A stretch of 64,000 bases of DNA from Alphaproteobacteria bacterium (lineage in GTDB: Bacteria > Pseudomonadota > Alphaproteobacteria > 16-39-46 > JABJFC01), in contig JABJFC010000063.1 of the NCBI GenBank assembly GCA_018662925.1, forward strand, positions 3,826-67,825. The letters run 5' to 3'. Both the position numbers and the translations under genes were made by a program. The notes under the pieces are model-generated. The model made no database searches. It was not told the origin of the DNA and saw only the letters and a list, made by a program, of their open reading frames with translations. Position 1 is the stretch's first letter, and the number at the start of each line of letters is the position of its first letter. Below are positions 52,460-62,324 of this stretch, piece by piece.

Positions 52460-54394
52460 TTAGGCGCTTTTGCCCTTTGTATCTTTTTTATCGTCAACTT
52501 CTTCAAAATCAGCATCGACCACAGCTTCATCCTTTGAGGATTCTTCTGTCTTACCTTCTTCAGGAGCCGCATTAGCAGTTGCTTCTTTTTGGGATTCAGT
52601 GTAGATGGCTTCTCCCAGTTTCATAGAAGTTGTGGTTAGGGCCTCGATCTTTTTGCGAATATCTTCGAGATCCTCGCCTTCCAGCGCCTTTTTCAAATCT
52701 TCAGAAGCAGATTCGATGGCCTTTTTCTCGTCCTCTGAAATCTTGTCACCATGCTCGGTAAGGCCTTTTTCCGTCGTATGGACGAGAGCTTCCGCTTGGT
52801 TTTTAGTTTCAACCAATTCACGGCGGACCTTGTCTTCGCTTGCATGTGCTTCGGCATCTTTGACCATCTTTTCGATTTCGTCTTCGCCCAATCCACTAGA
52901 GGCTTGTATACGAATTTTCTGCTCTTTACCCGTTGCTTTGTCTTTTGCATGAACATGGACGATTCCGTTGGCATCGATATCAAAAGCAACTTCGATTTGA
53001 GGCATGCCGCGTGGAGCAGGAGGCAAACCAACGAGATCAAACTGACCCAGCAATTTGTTATCAGAAGCCATTTCACGCTCTCCTTGGAACACGCGAATGG
53101 TTACGGCAGATTGGTTATCTTCTGCAGTCGAAAACGTCTGACTTTTCTTTGTTGGGATGGTCGTGTTGCGCTCGATAAGACGGGTGAAAACACCACCGAG
53201 CGTTTCAATCCCCAGAGATAGAGGGGTTACATCCAAAAGTAGTACGTCTTTAACATCTCCACTAAGGACGCCTCCTTGAATGGCAGCGCCAACGGCAACC
53301 ACTTCATCAGGATTCACACCCTGATGGGGCTTGCGTCCAAAGAATTTTTCAACCGTTTCGATGATTTTTGGCATCCGGGTTTGGCCCCCAACTAAAATAA
53401 CTTCATCGATTTGGCTTGCGGTGATACCAGCATCGGCAAGGGCTGCTTTACAAGGTTTGATTGTTCTTTGAACCAAGTCTTCTACCAGTGCTTCCAATTT
53501 GGAGCGGGTTAATTTGATATTCAAGTGCTTGGGTCCAGAAGAATCAGCCGTAATAAAGGGCAGATTTACCTCAGTTTGGATAGCGCTGGAGAGTTCGATC
53601 TTAGCTTTTTCAGCGGCTTCCTTGAGGCGCTGAAGAGCCAACTTGTCTTTTCTAAGATCGATTCCTTGATCCTTTTTGAACTCATCGGCAAGATAATCGA
53701 TAATGTTCTGATCAAAGTCTTCTCCTCCTAAGAAAGTATCACCGTTCGTTGATTTAACTTCGAAGACACCATCTCCAATTTCCAAGACGGAAACGTCAAA
53801 AGTTCCACCACCCAAATCAAAAACAGCGATGGTTCCAGATCCTTTTTTCTCAAGTCCATATGCTAAAGCCGCTGCAGTTGGTTCGTTAATAATGCGTAAA
53901 ACCTCAAGGCCAGCGATTTTTCCAGCGTCCTTTGTTGCTTGGCGTTGGGCATCATTAAAGTAAGCAGGGACCGTAACGACAGCTTGAGTTACTTTCTCAC
54001 CTAGATGCTTTTCGGCTGTTTCTTTCATTTTTTGAAGGATGAAGCCACTGACTTCACTTGGGCTGTGGTCTTTTTTTCGAGCTTGAACCCAGGCATCACC
54101 GTTTTTAGCTTTGACAATTTTGTATGGAACTAAGTCCATATCTTTCTTCGTCACTGGATCATCAAAACGTCGCCCTATAAGACGCTTAACGGCAAAAACC
54201 GTATTTTCAGGATTGGTGACCGCTTGGCGTTTCGCTGACTGACCAACAAGGCGTTCGCCATCTTCGGTAAAAGCAACCACAGACGGGGTCGTGCGGCCTC
54301 CTTCAGCGTTCTCAATAACACGAGCATCCTTACCATCCATTACGGAGACACACGAGTTAGTTGTTCCTAAGTCAATTCCGATTACTTTGCTCAT
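52460..54394 (-). CDS. dnaK: Chaperone DnaK (Hsp70)
   Basis: [10 protein letters not shown] and DLGGGTFD signatures. 644 aa. Confidence 0.97.
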   Translation of the reverse strand: MSKVIGIDLGTTNSCVSVMDGKDARVIENAEGGRTTPSVVAFTEDGERLVGQSAKRQAVTNPENTVFAVKRLIGRRFDDPVTKKDMDLVPYKIVKAKNGDAWVQARKKDHSPSEVSGFILQKMKETAEKHLGEKVTQAVVTVPAYFNDAQRQATKDAGKIAGLEVLRIINEPTAAALAYGLEKKGSGTIAVFDLGGGTFDVSVLEIGDGVFEVKSTNGDTFLGGEDFDQNIIDYLADEFKKDQGIDLRKDKLALQRLKEAAEKAKIELSSAIQTEVNLPFITADSSGPKHLNIKLTRSKLEALVEDLVQRTIKPCKAALADAGITASQIDEVILVGGQTRMPKIIETVEKFFGRKPHQGVNPDEVVAVGAAIQGGVLSGDVKDVLLLDVTPLSLGIETLGGVFTRLIERNTTIPTKKSQTFSTAEDNQSAVTIRVFQGEREMASDNKLLGQFDLVGLPPAPRGMPQIEVAFDIDANGIVHVHAKDKATGKEQKIRIQASSGLGEDEIEKMVKDAEAHASEDKVRRELVETKNQAEALVHTTEKGLTEHGDKISEDEKKAIESASEDLKKALEGEDLEDIRKKIEALTTTSMKLGEAIYTESQKEATANAAPEEGKTEESSKDEAVVDADFEEVDDKKDTKGKSA

Positions 54395-54463
54395 TTTTTC
54401 ATAACCTCTTCATATGATTGTACAAAAAACTTTGGGGAGCCTACTCATTCCCCTCACTTTTTT

Positions 54464-54491
54464 AGATAGGGCTTGATAATATTATTTCAAG
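54464..54491 (-). promoter_or_regulatory. RpoH (sigma32)-type heat-shock promoter upstream of dnaK
   Basis: Minus strand reads CTTG-aaataatattatcaagc(17)-CCTATCT. This is an exact fit to the alphaproteobacterial sigma32 consensus CTTG-N17-CYTATNT. It sits about 70 bp upstream of the dnaK ATG. Confidence 0.65.
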
Positions 54492-54517
54492 GCGAATTAG
54501 AATTTTTTTTCTGGAAA

Positions 54518-55924
54518 TTACAAAAGAGTTCCTTGAGAAATTTCCACGGATGGATTCGTGCGCTTTTTTGAGCTGGGTTTTTTCTGGGCGCCTGTTACGA
54601 CAGCTTCTTTCTTTCCATCGTGGAATGTAAGTCGTATTGGTAAGCCTGGCTTTAATTTTTGTGCAGATGAAAGGGTTTGATCTTTCCAGTCGCTGACAAG
54701 GGCGAACCCGCGCTTTAAGATTCGTTCATACGAGGAACTCTCCAAAAGTTGTTCCAAAGTATGGAGTTGATGGGTTTTTTCTTTTAAAATAGTAGAATAA
54801 TTTATAGCAAGTCGTTGGAAATACAGATCAAGACTGTATTTTTTCTCATCGATGAGACGATGGGGCTTAACAAGTTGAGACGCGGTTTCGAGAAGGGTCG
54901 TCCTAAGTTGGGCAATACGATTTTTGAAGGAAGTTTGGAGCCTCTCTCCACAGTCATCTCGTCGCTGTTGCTTGAATTCGATGATCTGAAGGGGGTCTCC
55001 GAGTCGCCTTCCTAGGTGGTCCACATGATTGTGCATCTCCATCAGATTTCGATTAAGGCTTCTATTTAGACGTGAGTGGGACTCGGAAATTCTACTCAAG
55101 AGTTCAGTTTTTACAGGCACAGCTATTTCTGCGGCGGCTGTCGGTGTGGGGGCTCTGCGGTCGGCAACATAATCTATAAGCGTTGTGTCTGTCTCATGAC
55201 CTACAGCAGAGATAATGGGAATCCGACTTTCATAAACGGCACGGACAACACATTCTTCGTTAAAGGCCCAAAGATCTTCGAGACTGCCGCCACCTCTCGC
55301 CACGATGAGCACATCTGGACGAAACTTTTCAGACAGAGAGTTAAACCCATCGATAGCCTTAGCAACTTGCTCTGAGGCCCCATCTCCTTGGACCAGAACG
55401 GGCCATAACATGACGTGTCTCGGAAAACGATCAGAAAGTCGATGGAGGATATCCTGGATCACAGCCCCCGTAGGAGACGTAATGATTCCAATGAGATCGG
55501 GTAAAAAGGGCAAAGGTTGTTTTTTATCCGGATCGAAAAGGCCTTCTTCGAAAAGTTTCTTTTTTCGATCTTCCAAAAGTTTCAGCAGGGCACCAACCCC
55601 AGCTATCTCCATTCGCTCTACAACGACTTGATATTGAGATCTCCCTGGATAAGTCGTAATACGTCCAGAAGCGATGACTTCCATGCCTTCTTCGGGCACT
55701 ATCCCCAGCTGTGGAACCATTCCCCGCCAGCTGACACCAGAAATGACCGCCTCGGAATCTTTGAGGCTAAAGTACATATGTCCAGAAGTGTGACGTTTTA
55801 AGCCAGATATTTCTCCACGAATGCGCACATATCCGTAACTGTCCTCGAGTGTTTTCTTGAGAGCAAAAGCTAACTCACTGACGGTAAATTCTGGAAGAGA
55901 AGTGGAATCGTGGAGAAGTGACAA
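54518..55924 (-). CDS. xseA: Exodeoxyribonuclease VII large subunit
   Basis: 468 aa. OB-fold N-terminus and catalytic core typical of XseA. Confidence 0.9.
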   Translation of the reverse strand: MSLLHDSTSLPEFTVSELAFALKKTLEDSYGYVRIRGEISGLKRHTSGHMYFSLKDSEAVISGVSWRGMVPQLGIVPEEGMEVIASGRITTYPGRSQYQVVVERMEIAGVGALLKLLEDRKKKLFEEGLFDPDKKQPLPFLPDLIGIITSPTGAVIQDILHRLSDRFPRHVMLWPVLVQGDGASEQVAKAIDGFNSLSEKFRPDVLIVARGGGSLEDLWAFNEECVVRAVYESRIPIISAVGHETDTTLIDYVADRRAPTPTAAAEIAVPVKTELLSRISESHSRLNRSLNRNLMEMHNHVDHLGRRLGDPLQIIEFKQQRRDDCGERLQTSFKNRIAQLRTTLLETASQLVKPHRLIDEKKYSLDLYFQRLAINYSTILKEKTHQLHTLEQLLESSSYERILKRGFALVSDWKDQTLSSAQKLKPGLPIRLTFHDGKKEAVVTGAQKKPSSKKRTNPSVEISQGTLL

Positions 55925-55934
55925 AGCTTTTCTA

Positions 55935-56327
55935 CTACCGTTCTTTATAGAAAATTAGATTATCTGGAGCCCATTTTCCATCAATGCTTTTCCCTTTTCC
56001 ATAGAAAGAACAATTATCTGGAGATCGCGTAAGTGTTAATTTTCCATCTGAATTTTTGGAAGGGACAAGGTGAGAGTAAGTGATTGTGACAGATTCTCCG
56101 TTGAGAATGGCGTTTCCTTGCCAGACGTGTTGAATGTCGTTTCTATCCTGGTAGGATCCCATTACGTGTCCATCATTACTGATAACCACTGCTTGTGGGT
56201 ATCGATCATGGGTATTTGAATAGATACCTTGAATATCTTTCGAACACGAGGGTGTTTTTGCAAGAGCGTTACTTACCAATACGAGAGATGAGCAGGCAAA
56301 AAGAACTATTTTAAGAGAATATCTCAT
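55935..56327 (-). CDS. Hypothetical small secreted protein
   Basis: 130 aa. Signal peptide (cleavage near NALA-KT), three Cys, no recognisable motif. Confidence 0.5.
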   Translation of the reverse strand: MRYSLKIVLFACSSLVLVSNALAKTPSCSKDIQGIYSNTHDRYPQAVVISNDGHVMGSYQDRNDIQHVWQGNAILNGESVTITYSHLVPSKNSDGKLTLTRSPDNCSFYGKGKSIDGKWAPDNLIFYKER

Positions 56328-56357
56328 GAGCTATTTCCTTTGTTTTCTGTTTTTTAT

Positions 56358-57365
56358 CTAATAATGTCTTTGGCTGCTAAACTTTGCCATGTCCTCAAGC
56401 GTAGCTTTTTCTCTTTGTTTTGTAAATATTGCAAGGGATTGGATAGCTTTTTTCGCGTAACTCTCAGCAAGGCTCATGGTAATTGCAAAGGCACGGTGTT
56501 TTTCTAAGCAGTGCATCGTTGTTGAGAAGTGTTCTTTATGGCTGGAGGGGTTCTTAAACTGGTTTTCTAGGAAGGTTTTTTCCTCACTAGAAGCTGTCTC
56601 ATAGGCTAATATGACTGGAAGCGTCACTTTACCTTCCTGAAAATCGTCTCCTGTGGATTTTCCAAGCACTTTTAGATCTGTCGTATAATCCAAAACGTCA
56701 TCGGTTAATTGAAAAGCGATTCCGAGGAATTCCCCATATGCAGCTAGAGCATTTACTTCTTTTTCAGAACGGTCGGCTATAATAGCCCCAATTTGGCATG
56801 CAGCGGAAAAAAGGGCTGCTGTTTTTGAGCTAATTACTTTCAAATACGTCTCTTGATTTGTGTGAATATTTTTGGCGGTAGAAAGTTGAAGAACCTCCCC
56901 TTCTGCGATAGTAGAAGCAGTTTTAGAAAGGATTTCTAGGACTTTTTGGGAACCATCTTGGATCATACATTCAAACGCACGGCTAAAGAGAAAGTCTCCT
57001 ACAAGCACACTTGCTTTGTTTCCCCATAGAGCATTGGCTGTTTTGATGCCGCGACGCATAAGACTTTTGTCGACAACATCGTCGTGAAGGAGGGTTGCTG
57101 TGTGGATGAACTCTATACAGGTAGCAAGATTTATGTGACGTGTTCCTTCATAACCGCAGAGTTTAGCACACAGAAGAGTCAGAATAGGGCGAAGCCGTTT
57201 GCCGCCAGCATTAATAATGTGTTGCGAGAGATTTGGAATTAAGGGAACTGGGCTCTGAAGCCTCTCTTCTATGAGACTATTGACGCTTTGTATTTCGTTC
57301 TCTAGGGAAACGTGTGCTTTTTCTAAAGGGGAGGGTGATGGTGTTTCAAGAGCTTGATTTGACAT
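56358..57365 (-). CDS. ispB: Polyprenyl (octaprenyl) diphosphate synthase
   Basis: First Asp-rich motif LLHDDVVDKSLMRRG and second DD-containing motif. 335 aa. Confidence 0.85.
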   Translation of the reverse strand: MSNQALETPSPSPLEKAHVSLENEIQSVNSLIEERLQSPVPLIPNLSQHIINAGGKRLRPILTLLCAKLCGYEGTRHINLATCIEFIHTATLLHDDVVDKSLMRRGIKTANALWGNKASVLVGDFLFSRAFECMIQDGSQKVLEILSKTASTIAEGEVLQLSTAKNIHTNQETYLKVISSKTAALFSAACQIGAIIADRSEKEVNALAAYGEFLGIAFQLTDDVLDYTTDLKVLGKSTGDDFQEGKVTLPVILAYETASSEEKTFLENQFKNPSSHKEHFSTTMHCLEKHRAFAITMSLAESYAKKAIQSLAIFTKQREKATLEDMAKFSSQRHY

Positions 57366-57444
57366 GAGTTGATGTTGATTCCCTTTTGTGAAAAAACTCT
57401 CTATTGGTTATTAGGTCGTAATTCTATGGAACATATATATACAG

Positions 57445-58197
57445 ATGTATAGTGAGAAATCATCTGCGATCACAGTTGATACACTATTAGCGGGTCGTGT
57501 CAAACTTTTACAGCCAAAAAAAGGCTATCGGGTCGCTATTGATCCGGTGTTTTTAGCGGCTTCCATACCGGTTGAATCTGGCGAGACTATACTAGATGTT
57601 GGCGCGGGTGTTGGGGCGGCGTCTTTGTGCCTTGCCCAGCGAAAGAAAGATTGTAAAATTACCGGTCTGGAACGACAGTCTGATCTTGTCCTTTTATCTA
57701 TGGAAAATGCGAAAGTGAACAGCTGTTCAACTCGAGTTCGCTTTATCTGTGGCGATTTAACGGATCCCGATGAGGATTTAGAAGGGAGTGAATATGATCA
57801 TGTCATGACGAATCCTCCTTTTTTGGAGAAAGGGTCTGCGACTCTCTCTCCCTATGTAGGAAAGGCACTATCCAACGTAGAGTCTACAGCTACATTAGAA
57901 AACTGGGTTCGTTTTTGCCTAAGTATGGTCCGAATTGGGGGGACAGTTACTTTTATATACACTATGGACCGTTTGGATGAGTTATTGGGGCATCTCGGGG
58001 ACGGTTTGGGAGATAAAATTGTATTTCCCCTTCAGCCTGATTCGGAAAAGAATGCAAAGCGCGTTTTGGTGCATGGAAAAAAAGGGGGCAGCGGGAGGAC
58101 TTGTTTCGCTCAAGGATTGATATTACATGAGGCAGATGGTAGGTATACGCCTGAAGCTGACTCTGTTTTGCGAGAGGGTATGCCCCTTTTGCTTTAG
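57445..58197 (+). CDS. Class I SAM-dependent methyltransferase, N6-adenine type (tRNA m6A37 TrmN6/YfiC-like)
   Basis: SAM-binding LDVGAGVGA and catalytic NPPF motif (VMTNPPF). Confidence 0.7.
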   Translation: MYSEKSSAITVDTLLAGRVKLLQPKKGYRVAIDPVFLAASIPVESGETILDVGAGVGAASLCLAQRKKDCKITGLERQSDLVLLSMENAKVNSCSTRVRFICGDLTDPDEDLEGSEYDHVMTNPPFLEKGSATLSPYVGKALSNVESTATLENWVRFCLSMVRIGGTVTFIYTMDRLDELLGHLGDGLGDKIVFPLQPDSEKNAKRVLVHGKKGGSGRTCFAQGLILHEADGRYTPEADSVLREGMPLLL

Positions 58198-58245
58198 GGT
58201 ATTGCATCTTTAAGGGACAATATATATTGTCCGGAATGTTCTTAT

Positions 58246-58320
58246 TGGGGCGTAGCCAAGCGGTAAGGCAACGGGTTTTGATCCCGTCATGCGTAGGTTC
58301 GAATCCTACCGCCCCAGCCA
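58246..58320 (+). tRNA. tRNA-Gln (anticodon UUG)
   Basis: 75 nt. Acceptor TGGGGCG/CGCCCCA. Anticodon stem ACGGG/CCCGT with loop TTTTGAT, anticodon TTG. T-arm GTAGG-TTCGAAT-CCTAC. Encoded CCA. Near-identical in outline to E. coli tRNA-Gln. Confidence 0.9.
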
Positions 58321-58357
58321 ATTTTTTGAGCTATTGTTTGTATGCTAGATTGCTTCC

Positions 58358-60040
58358 ATGGAACAGAATAAAGAAAATAGTCATTGCGCCTACATTCCAA
58401 AGATCTCCCGTTTTTGGCTATTCTTCCTGGTTCCAGTTCTTTTTATCTCTTTTTTTTACCAGTTGGGGGCGTACGGGTTATTAAACAATAACGAAGGCCT
58501 TTATGGGGAGATCGCTCGAGAGATGCTCGAGAGTGGATCCTATATAATCCCCACTCTCAATTACGTTCCCTACATTGAAAAACCCCCGCTTCTCTATTGG
58601 CTTATTGCGATTAGCTACAAGATTTTTGGCGTTAATGAATTTGCGGCAAGATTGATTCCGGCTCTTTCAGGTGCGGCCATATGTGGGAGTATTTTCGTAT
58701 TTGCCCGGCGGTTAAAGATGATTGATGTTGGCGGCTTTGCGGCAGTCATTATGGCGACAAGTCTTGGATATATTATTTTTTCGCGCATGGTTTTTTTTGA
58801 CGGCCTCCTAACAGCATTCCTTTCATTGTCCTTACTGAGTTTTTACACTTGGTATAATGGGGGCCAGCGTTTATTTCTGCTCCTTTGCTACGGTTTTTTA
58901 GGATGTGCTGTTATGGTCAAAGGCTTCGTAGCACCCGTTCTCTTTGGTTTGGTTGTGGGAGGATTTCTTCTTTGGGAAAGAGCCTTTTGGTCCAAACTGA
59001 GAAAATGTCTAGATCCCATCGGGATCCTGATTTTCGTGGCCATAGTGCTGCCGTGGCATTTGTGGGCGAGTCTAGAGGAAGAAGGCTTCTCCTGGTTTTA
59101 TTTTATAAATGAGCATGTTCTTCGTTTCTTGGATCTTCGAGAACCGAAGGACTATTATACGGGGCCCCTTTATTACTATATCCCCAGGATTCTGGGGTAT
59201 GTATTCCCATGGACTCCCTTTTTAGGCCTGTTGGCTTTAAGGACCCAACCGTCACAGGAAGTCCTTAAAAAGTTCTTATGGCTCTGGTTTTTAGTGCCGC
59301 TGGCTTTTTTCTCTCTCTCAAAAGCCAAGGCCAATTATTACATGATTGTTGGGATTGTTCCGATGTGTTTATTGGTTTCAATGAAGATTACGGAGCTGCT
59401 TAAGGATAACCGTTGGTGCCCTATTCTGGTATGTGGACTTCTATCAGTTTTTCTGGGTCTCGTTTTATGGGGAGGTGCTTATTTCTTTCCTATAAAAGGT
59501 TTTGAAATCTACCAACCAAAGTCCCCATATCTCTTGTTTTTTGTGGCGATACTTTCTGTTCTAGGCATGTCGCTCTTTTATATAAAGCGCCAGGGGATAT
59601 TTATGTTGTTTTCTGTCGCGGCTATATCAGGGGGACTTTTCATCACAATCCTAGGGAGTGCACAACAGGCGGAGGATTTTTTCTCTGGGAAAGAAGTAGG
59701 ATCCTTTTTGGCGTCTAAGGATGAGGTTTATTTTTACAAAAATTATGAGGAACTTTCTTCGATTGTATTTTACCTCAAAAAACCAGTAACGATCGTTGAC
59801 TCTGTGAGCAGTGATCTACGGTATGGAGAAGAGAAAGGAGACAGCAACAGATTTTGTGACTCTGCTCAGATGTTAAAGGAATATGAGAACAGGCCTAGGG
59901 AGGAAATTTATATGGTTGTTCACAAGAAGTCTCTTCACGATTTTCAAAATTCTTTTTTAAAAACCAAGTTTAATATTCTGTTTTCCAAAGAAAACATATT
60001 TGTCTTGGAACGTACAGATTTGCCTAAAAAGGAGCTATGA
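58358..60040 (+). CDS. Glycosyltransferase family 39 (ArnT/PMT-like, undecaprenyl- or dolichyl-phosphate sugar transferase)
   Basis: 560 aa polytopic protein. N-terminal loop LYGEIAREMLESGSYIIPTLNYVPYIEKPPLLYW is typical of ArnT/PMT_2. Confidence 0.8.
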   Translation: MEQNKENSHCAYIPKISRFWLFFLVPVLFISFFYQLGAYGLLNNNEGLYGEIAREMLESGSYIIPTLNYVPYIEKPPLLYWLIAISYKIFGVNEFAARLIPALSGAAICGSIFVFARRLKMIDVGGFAAVIMATSLGYIIFSRMVFFDGLLTAFLSLSLLSFYTWYNGGQRLFLLLCYGFLGCAVMVKGFVAPVLFGLVVGGFLLWERAFWSKLRKCLDPIGILIFVAIVLPWHLWASLEEEGFSWFYFINEHVLRFLDLREPKDYYTGPLYYYIPRILGYVFPWTPFLGLLALRTQPSQEVLKKFLWLWFLVPLAFFSLSKAKANYYMIVGIVPMCLLVSMKITELLKDNRWCPILVCGLLSVFLGLVLWGGAYFFPIKGFEIYQPKSPYLLFFVAILSVLGMSLFYIKRQGIFMLFSVAAISGGLFITILGSAQQAEDFFSGKEVGSFLASKDEVYFYKNYEELSSIVFYLKKPVTIVDSVSSDLRYGEEKGDSNRFCDSAQMLKEYENRPREEIYMVVHKKSLHDFQNSFLKTKFNILFSKENIFVLERTDLPKKEL

Positions 60041-60186
60041 GTGAGCAGCATAATATCTATCTAATATTGATGCTGGTTTTAGCCGTTTTTTTGTTCGATA
60101 GTCCGATTAGTTCTTAAGTTTCATACTTAAGAGCGGGACGAAAGTCCCTACGTCTCCCAGACGTAAAGCCTCCCTGATACTTTAGA

Positions 60187-60210
60187 CCGGGCACTTGTGC
60201 CCGGTTTTTT
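60187..60210 (+). terminator. Rho-independent terminator
   Basis: CCGGGCA-CTTG-TGCCCGG followed by T6. Confidence 0.8.
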
Positions 60211-60390
60211 ATTGTGTTTCTAGTCAAATTATTTGATTGCCATGATCCTGTATTCTTTACTTGTCCCATGATAACGGAACTGAAATATTTTTTTAGAGCT
60301 GTTCATCAGTGAATCCATTGTTTTATACAAATATCTTGCATTAAATACTTGCCTGTGTTAGGGAGTTGGAAATACTAAATAGGTTTTTAT

Positions 60391-62106
60391 ATGCGCATTT
60401 TACTTTCATTATTTATCTTTAATATTTTATTTTTGAGCCTTGCTACAGCAAGTCCTTCACGTTATGGCGACCCTCTTCCGAAATTTGCTGACTTTGACGA
60501 CGGAGGAAGTTACCATGCGCGACAAATTTTTCATAAGGAACAGGAAAAATATAAAGCTGCCGTCAATGCGTATTCATTAGAGTGTGTGTTTGAGTATGGC
60601 TTGCCCGTGCCTCTTCTCTACGATCCCGCTTATAAAAATGAGTCTGTTTTGAAGCAACAAACAGAATTATTTGATCGAAAAGTTAGTGATCATCTCCGGG
60701 AAGAACCTTTTAAGTTTACAGTTGGCAAAAGAGTGGAATATTGTCATCCCGAACTCTATTTTTTTCCAGAGATTGCGCCAAATTTTTACGGTGAAGATTT
60801 ATTTCCAGAAGGCTCGCCTGTCGAGGAGGATTCTTCTCATCTAGTTGCAAAGAGTATTTCCTATCAAGCTAAGATAATGGTTAAGTACCTCTGGCCGAAT
60901 ATACTACATCAAAGTGGCTATGGGTTAGTTGATTTAGATAAAGAACATTACGTGGAGAGTCTCAAAGAAGGAGATTTAATTTGTTTTTTGAACCCACTTG
61001 AAGACAAAGAGCCACTTTGGGGGATCTTCTGTGGTTATAGTGGGAGTGCTCGACCCACGGTTATGATGCGCACAAAAGATCCCATTTTTTCCAGCTATAA
61101 AAATAAGATCGTTGAGTGGGGGAATGGGGTCGATAGTACAGCACATGCTCTTGTTTTTCGTAAGAATCATAGGGGAGTTGTTCCAAAAGGAGAGAGGGAC
61201 TCGGAAGAGATAGCAAAACAATTACGGTCTATCCTCCCTCAAAAAGCAAAAATTAAAGCCCTAGAAGATAGTGACTTTCCTTCAGAAGAGCCCGTCGTTC
61301 CAGTTTTTGGATCTGATGGAGCACAAAATGAAGATGCTTGGAAAGAAGAGTTAGTTAAGTGGAGCTCGGATGCGAAACAGATTTCGGAGGCATACAGGCG
61401 TTTTCGCGTAAGGCTTACCTTTAATCCAGACTTGTCAGAGGAAATTGACAATTCTAGTTTGCTAGAAGATATGACACGTCGTTTTGATATTGGGGCTTTG
61501 TTCTACCTTCATATGAGAAGCTGTGGAGACATGTGGCATCAGGAAGCCCTAGATAGTACATGTTTATTTGAGCCCTATCATAGGTGTGGACCAATGAGGG
61601 ATGCTTTGGTGCCCTGTTTTGCATGTCCAGAATATGAACAAACCGTGAAATATCTAAATGAACAAATTTATTTTCTTTCGCATTTTTTGGAAAAAATCAT
61701 TGCAGAACGTTCTAGATCAGAAGATCCTGAAACAATTAATCGTCGTATGAGCTTTGCTTCCGAAAATGTAGAATCACTGTTAATCTTTGATCGCCATAGG
61801 ACCATGTTTTTTAACACAGAAGAAGAAAAACGGTGTTGGACAAATAGAATCGAAAAAACAGATTTGATTCAGATATTTGATAAAGCAGGCAAATTCTTAA
61901 TGTGGTCGGCTTTTGCTCAACTTGATCCGCAGACGTTTGAACCCATGGTTATGATCAGACGGTTTACTTCAGAGGGGATTTATCAGAACGAACTGAGGTA
62001 TTTATATGGGATTGAAGGGGCTCACGAAGTTCAACTTCTTAAAAGAGTATCTGGTTCATCTGATGGAGAGAGAGTTTATTATTTGACTTTACCTGTTTTT
62101 CGATAA
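60391..62106 (+). CDS. Hypothetical secreted protein, no recognisable domain
   Basis: 571 aa. Signal peptide MRILLSLFIFNILFLSLATASP. Cys-containing, acidic segments. Regular codon structure. Confidence 0.6.
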   Translation: MRILLSLFIFNILFLSLATASPSRYGDPLPKFADFDDGGSYHARQIFHKEQEKYKAAVNAYSLECVFEYGLPVPLLYDPAYKNESVLKQQTELFDRKVSDHLREEPFKFTVGKRVEYCHPELYFFPEIAPNFYGEDLFPEGSPVEEDSSHLVAKSISYQAKIMVKYLWPNILHQSGYGLVDLDKEHYVESLKEGDLICFLNPLEDKEPLWGIFCGYSGSARPTVMMRTKDPIFSSYKNKIVEWGNGVDSTAHALVFRKNHRGVVPKGERDSEEIAKQLRSILPQKAKIKALEDSDFPSEEPVVPVFGSDGAQNEDAWKEELVKWSSDAKQISEAYRRFRVRLTFNPDLSEEIDNSSLLEDMTRRFDIGALFYLHMRSCGDMWHQEALDSTCLFEPYHRCGPMRDALVPCFACPEYEQTVKYLNEQIYFLSHFLEKIIAERSRSEDPETINRRMSFASENVESLLIFDRHRTMFFNTEEEKRCWTNRIEKTDLIQIFDKAGKFLMWSAFAQLDPQTFEPMVMIRRFTSEGIYQNELRYLYGIEGAHEVQLLKRVSGSSDGERVYYLTLPVFR

Positions 62107-62324
62107 AGCGAAATACAGGGGTCTTCCTCATTTTTTTTCCCCATCGTTTAACTAATTTCTTGAGTCCAAAATCTCATTGTGATCCGCGTTATACGAATTC
62201 AAACTTATTTCCTCAGGAAGGTGCTGACACAAAAAACTTGCAATTCTTCTAGAGTTCTATATTATCCAGCTATTCTCCTTTTCAGAATTGGTTTTTTTGG
62301 AAAGGGTGGGCGAGAGTCCACCTT

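Noticed and set aside
57962-58321. 119-aa minus-strand ORF overlapping the tRNA-Gln
   Set aside because: It covers the tRNA gene and the methyltransferase 3' end. Artefact.
60224-60236. 13-bp AT-rich palindrome TCAAATTATTTGA upstream of the orphan secreted gene
   Set aside because: Short AT-rich palindromes arise easily by chance in AT-rich spacers. No supporting context.
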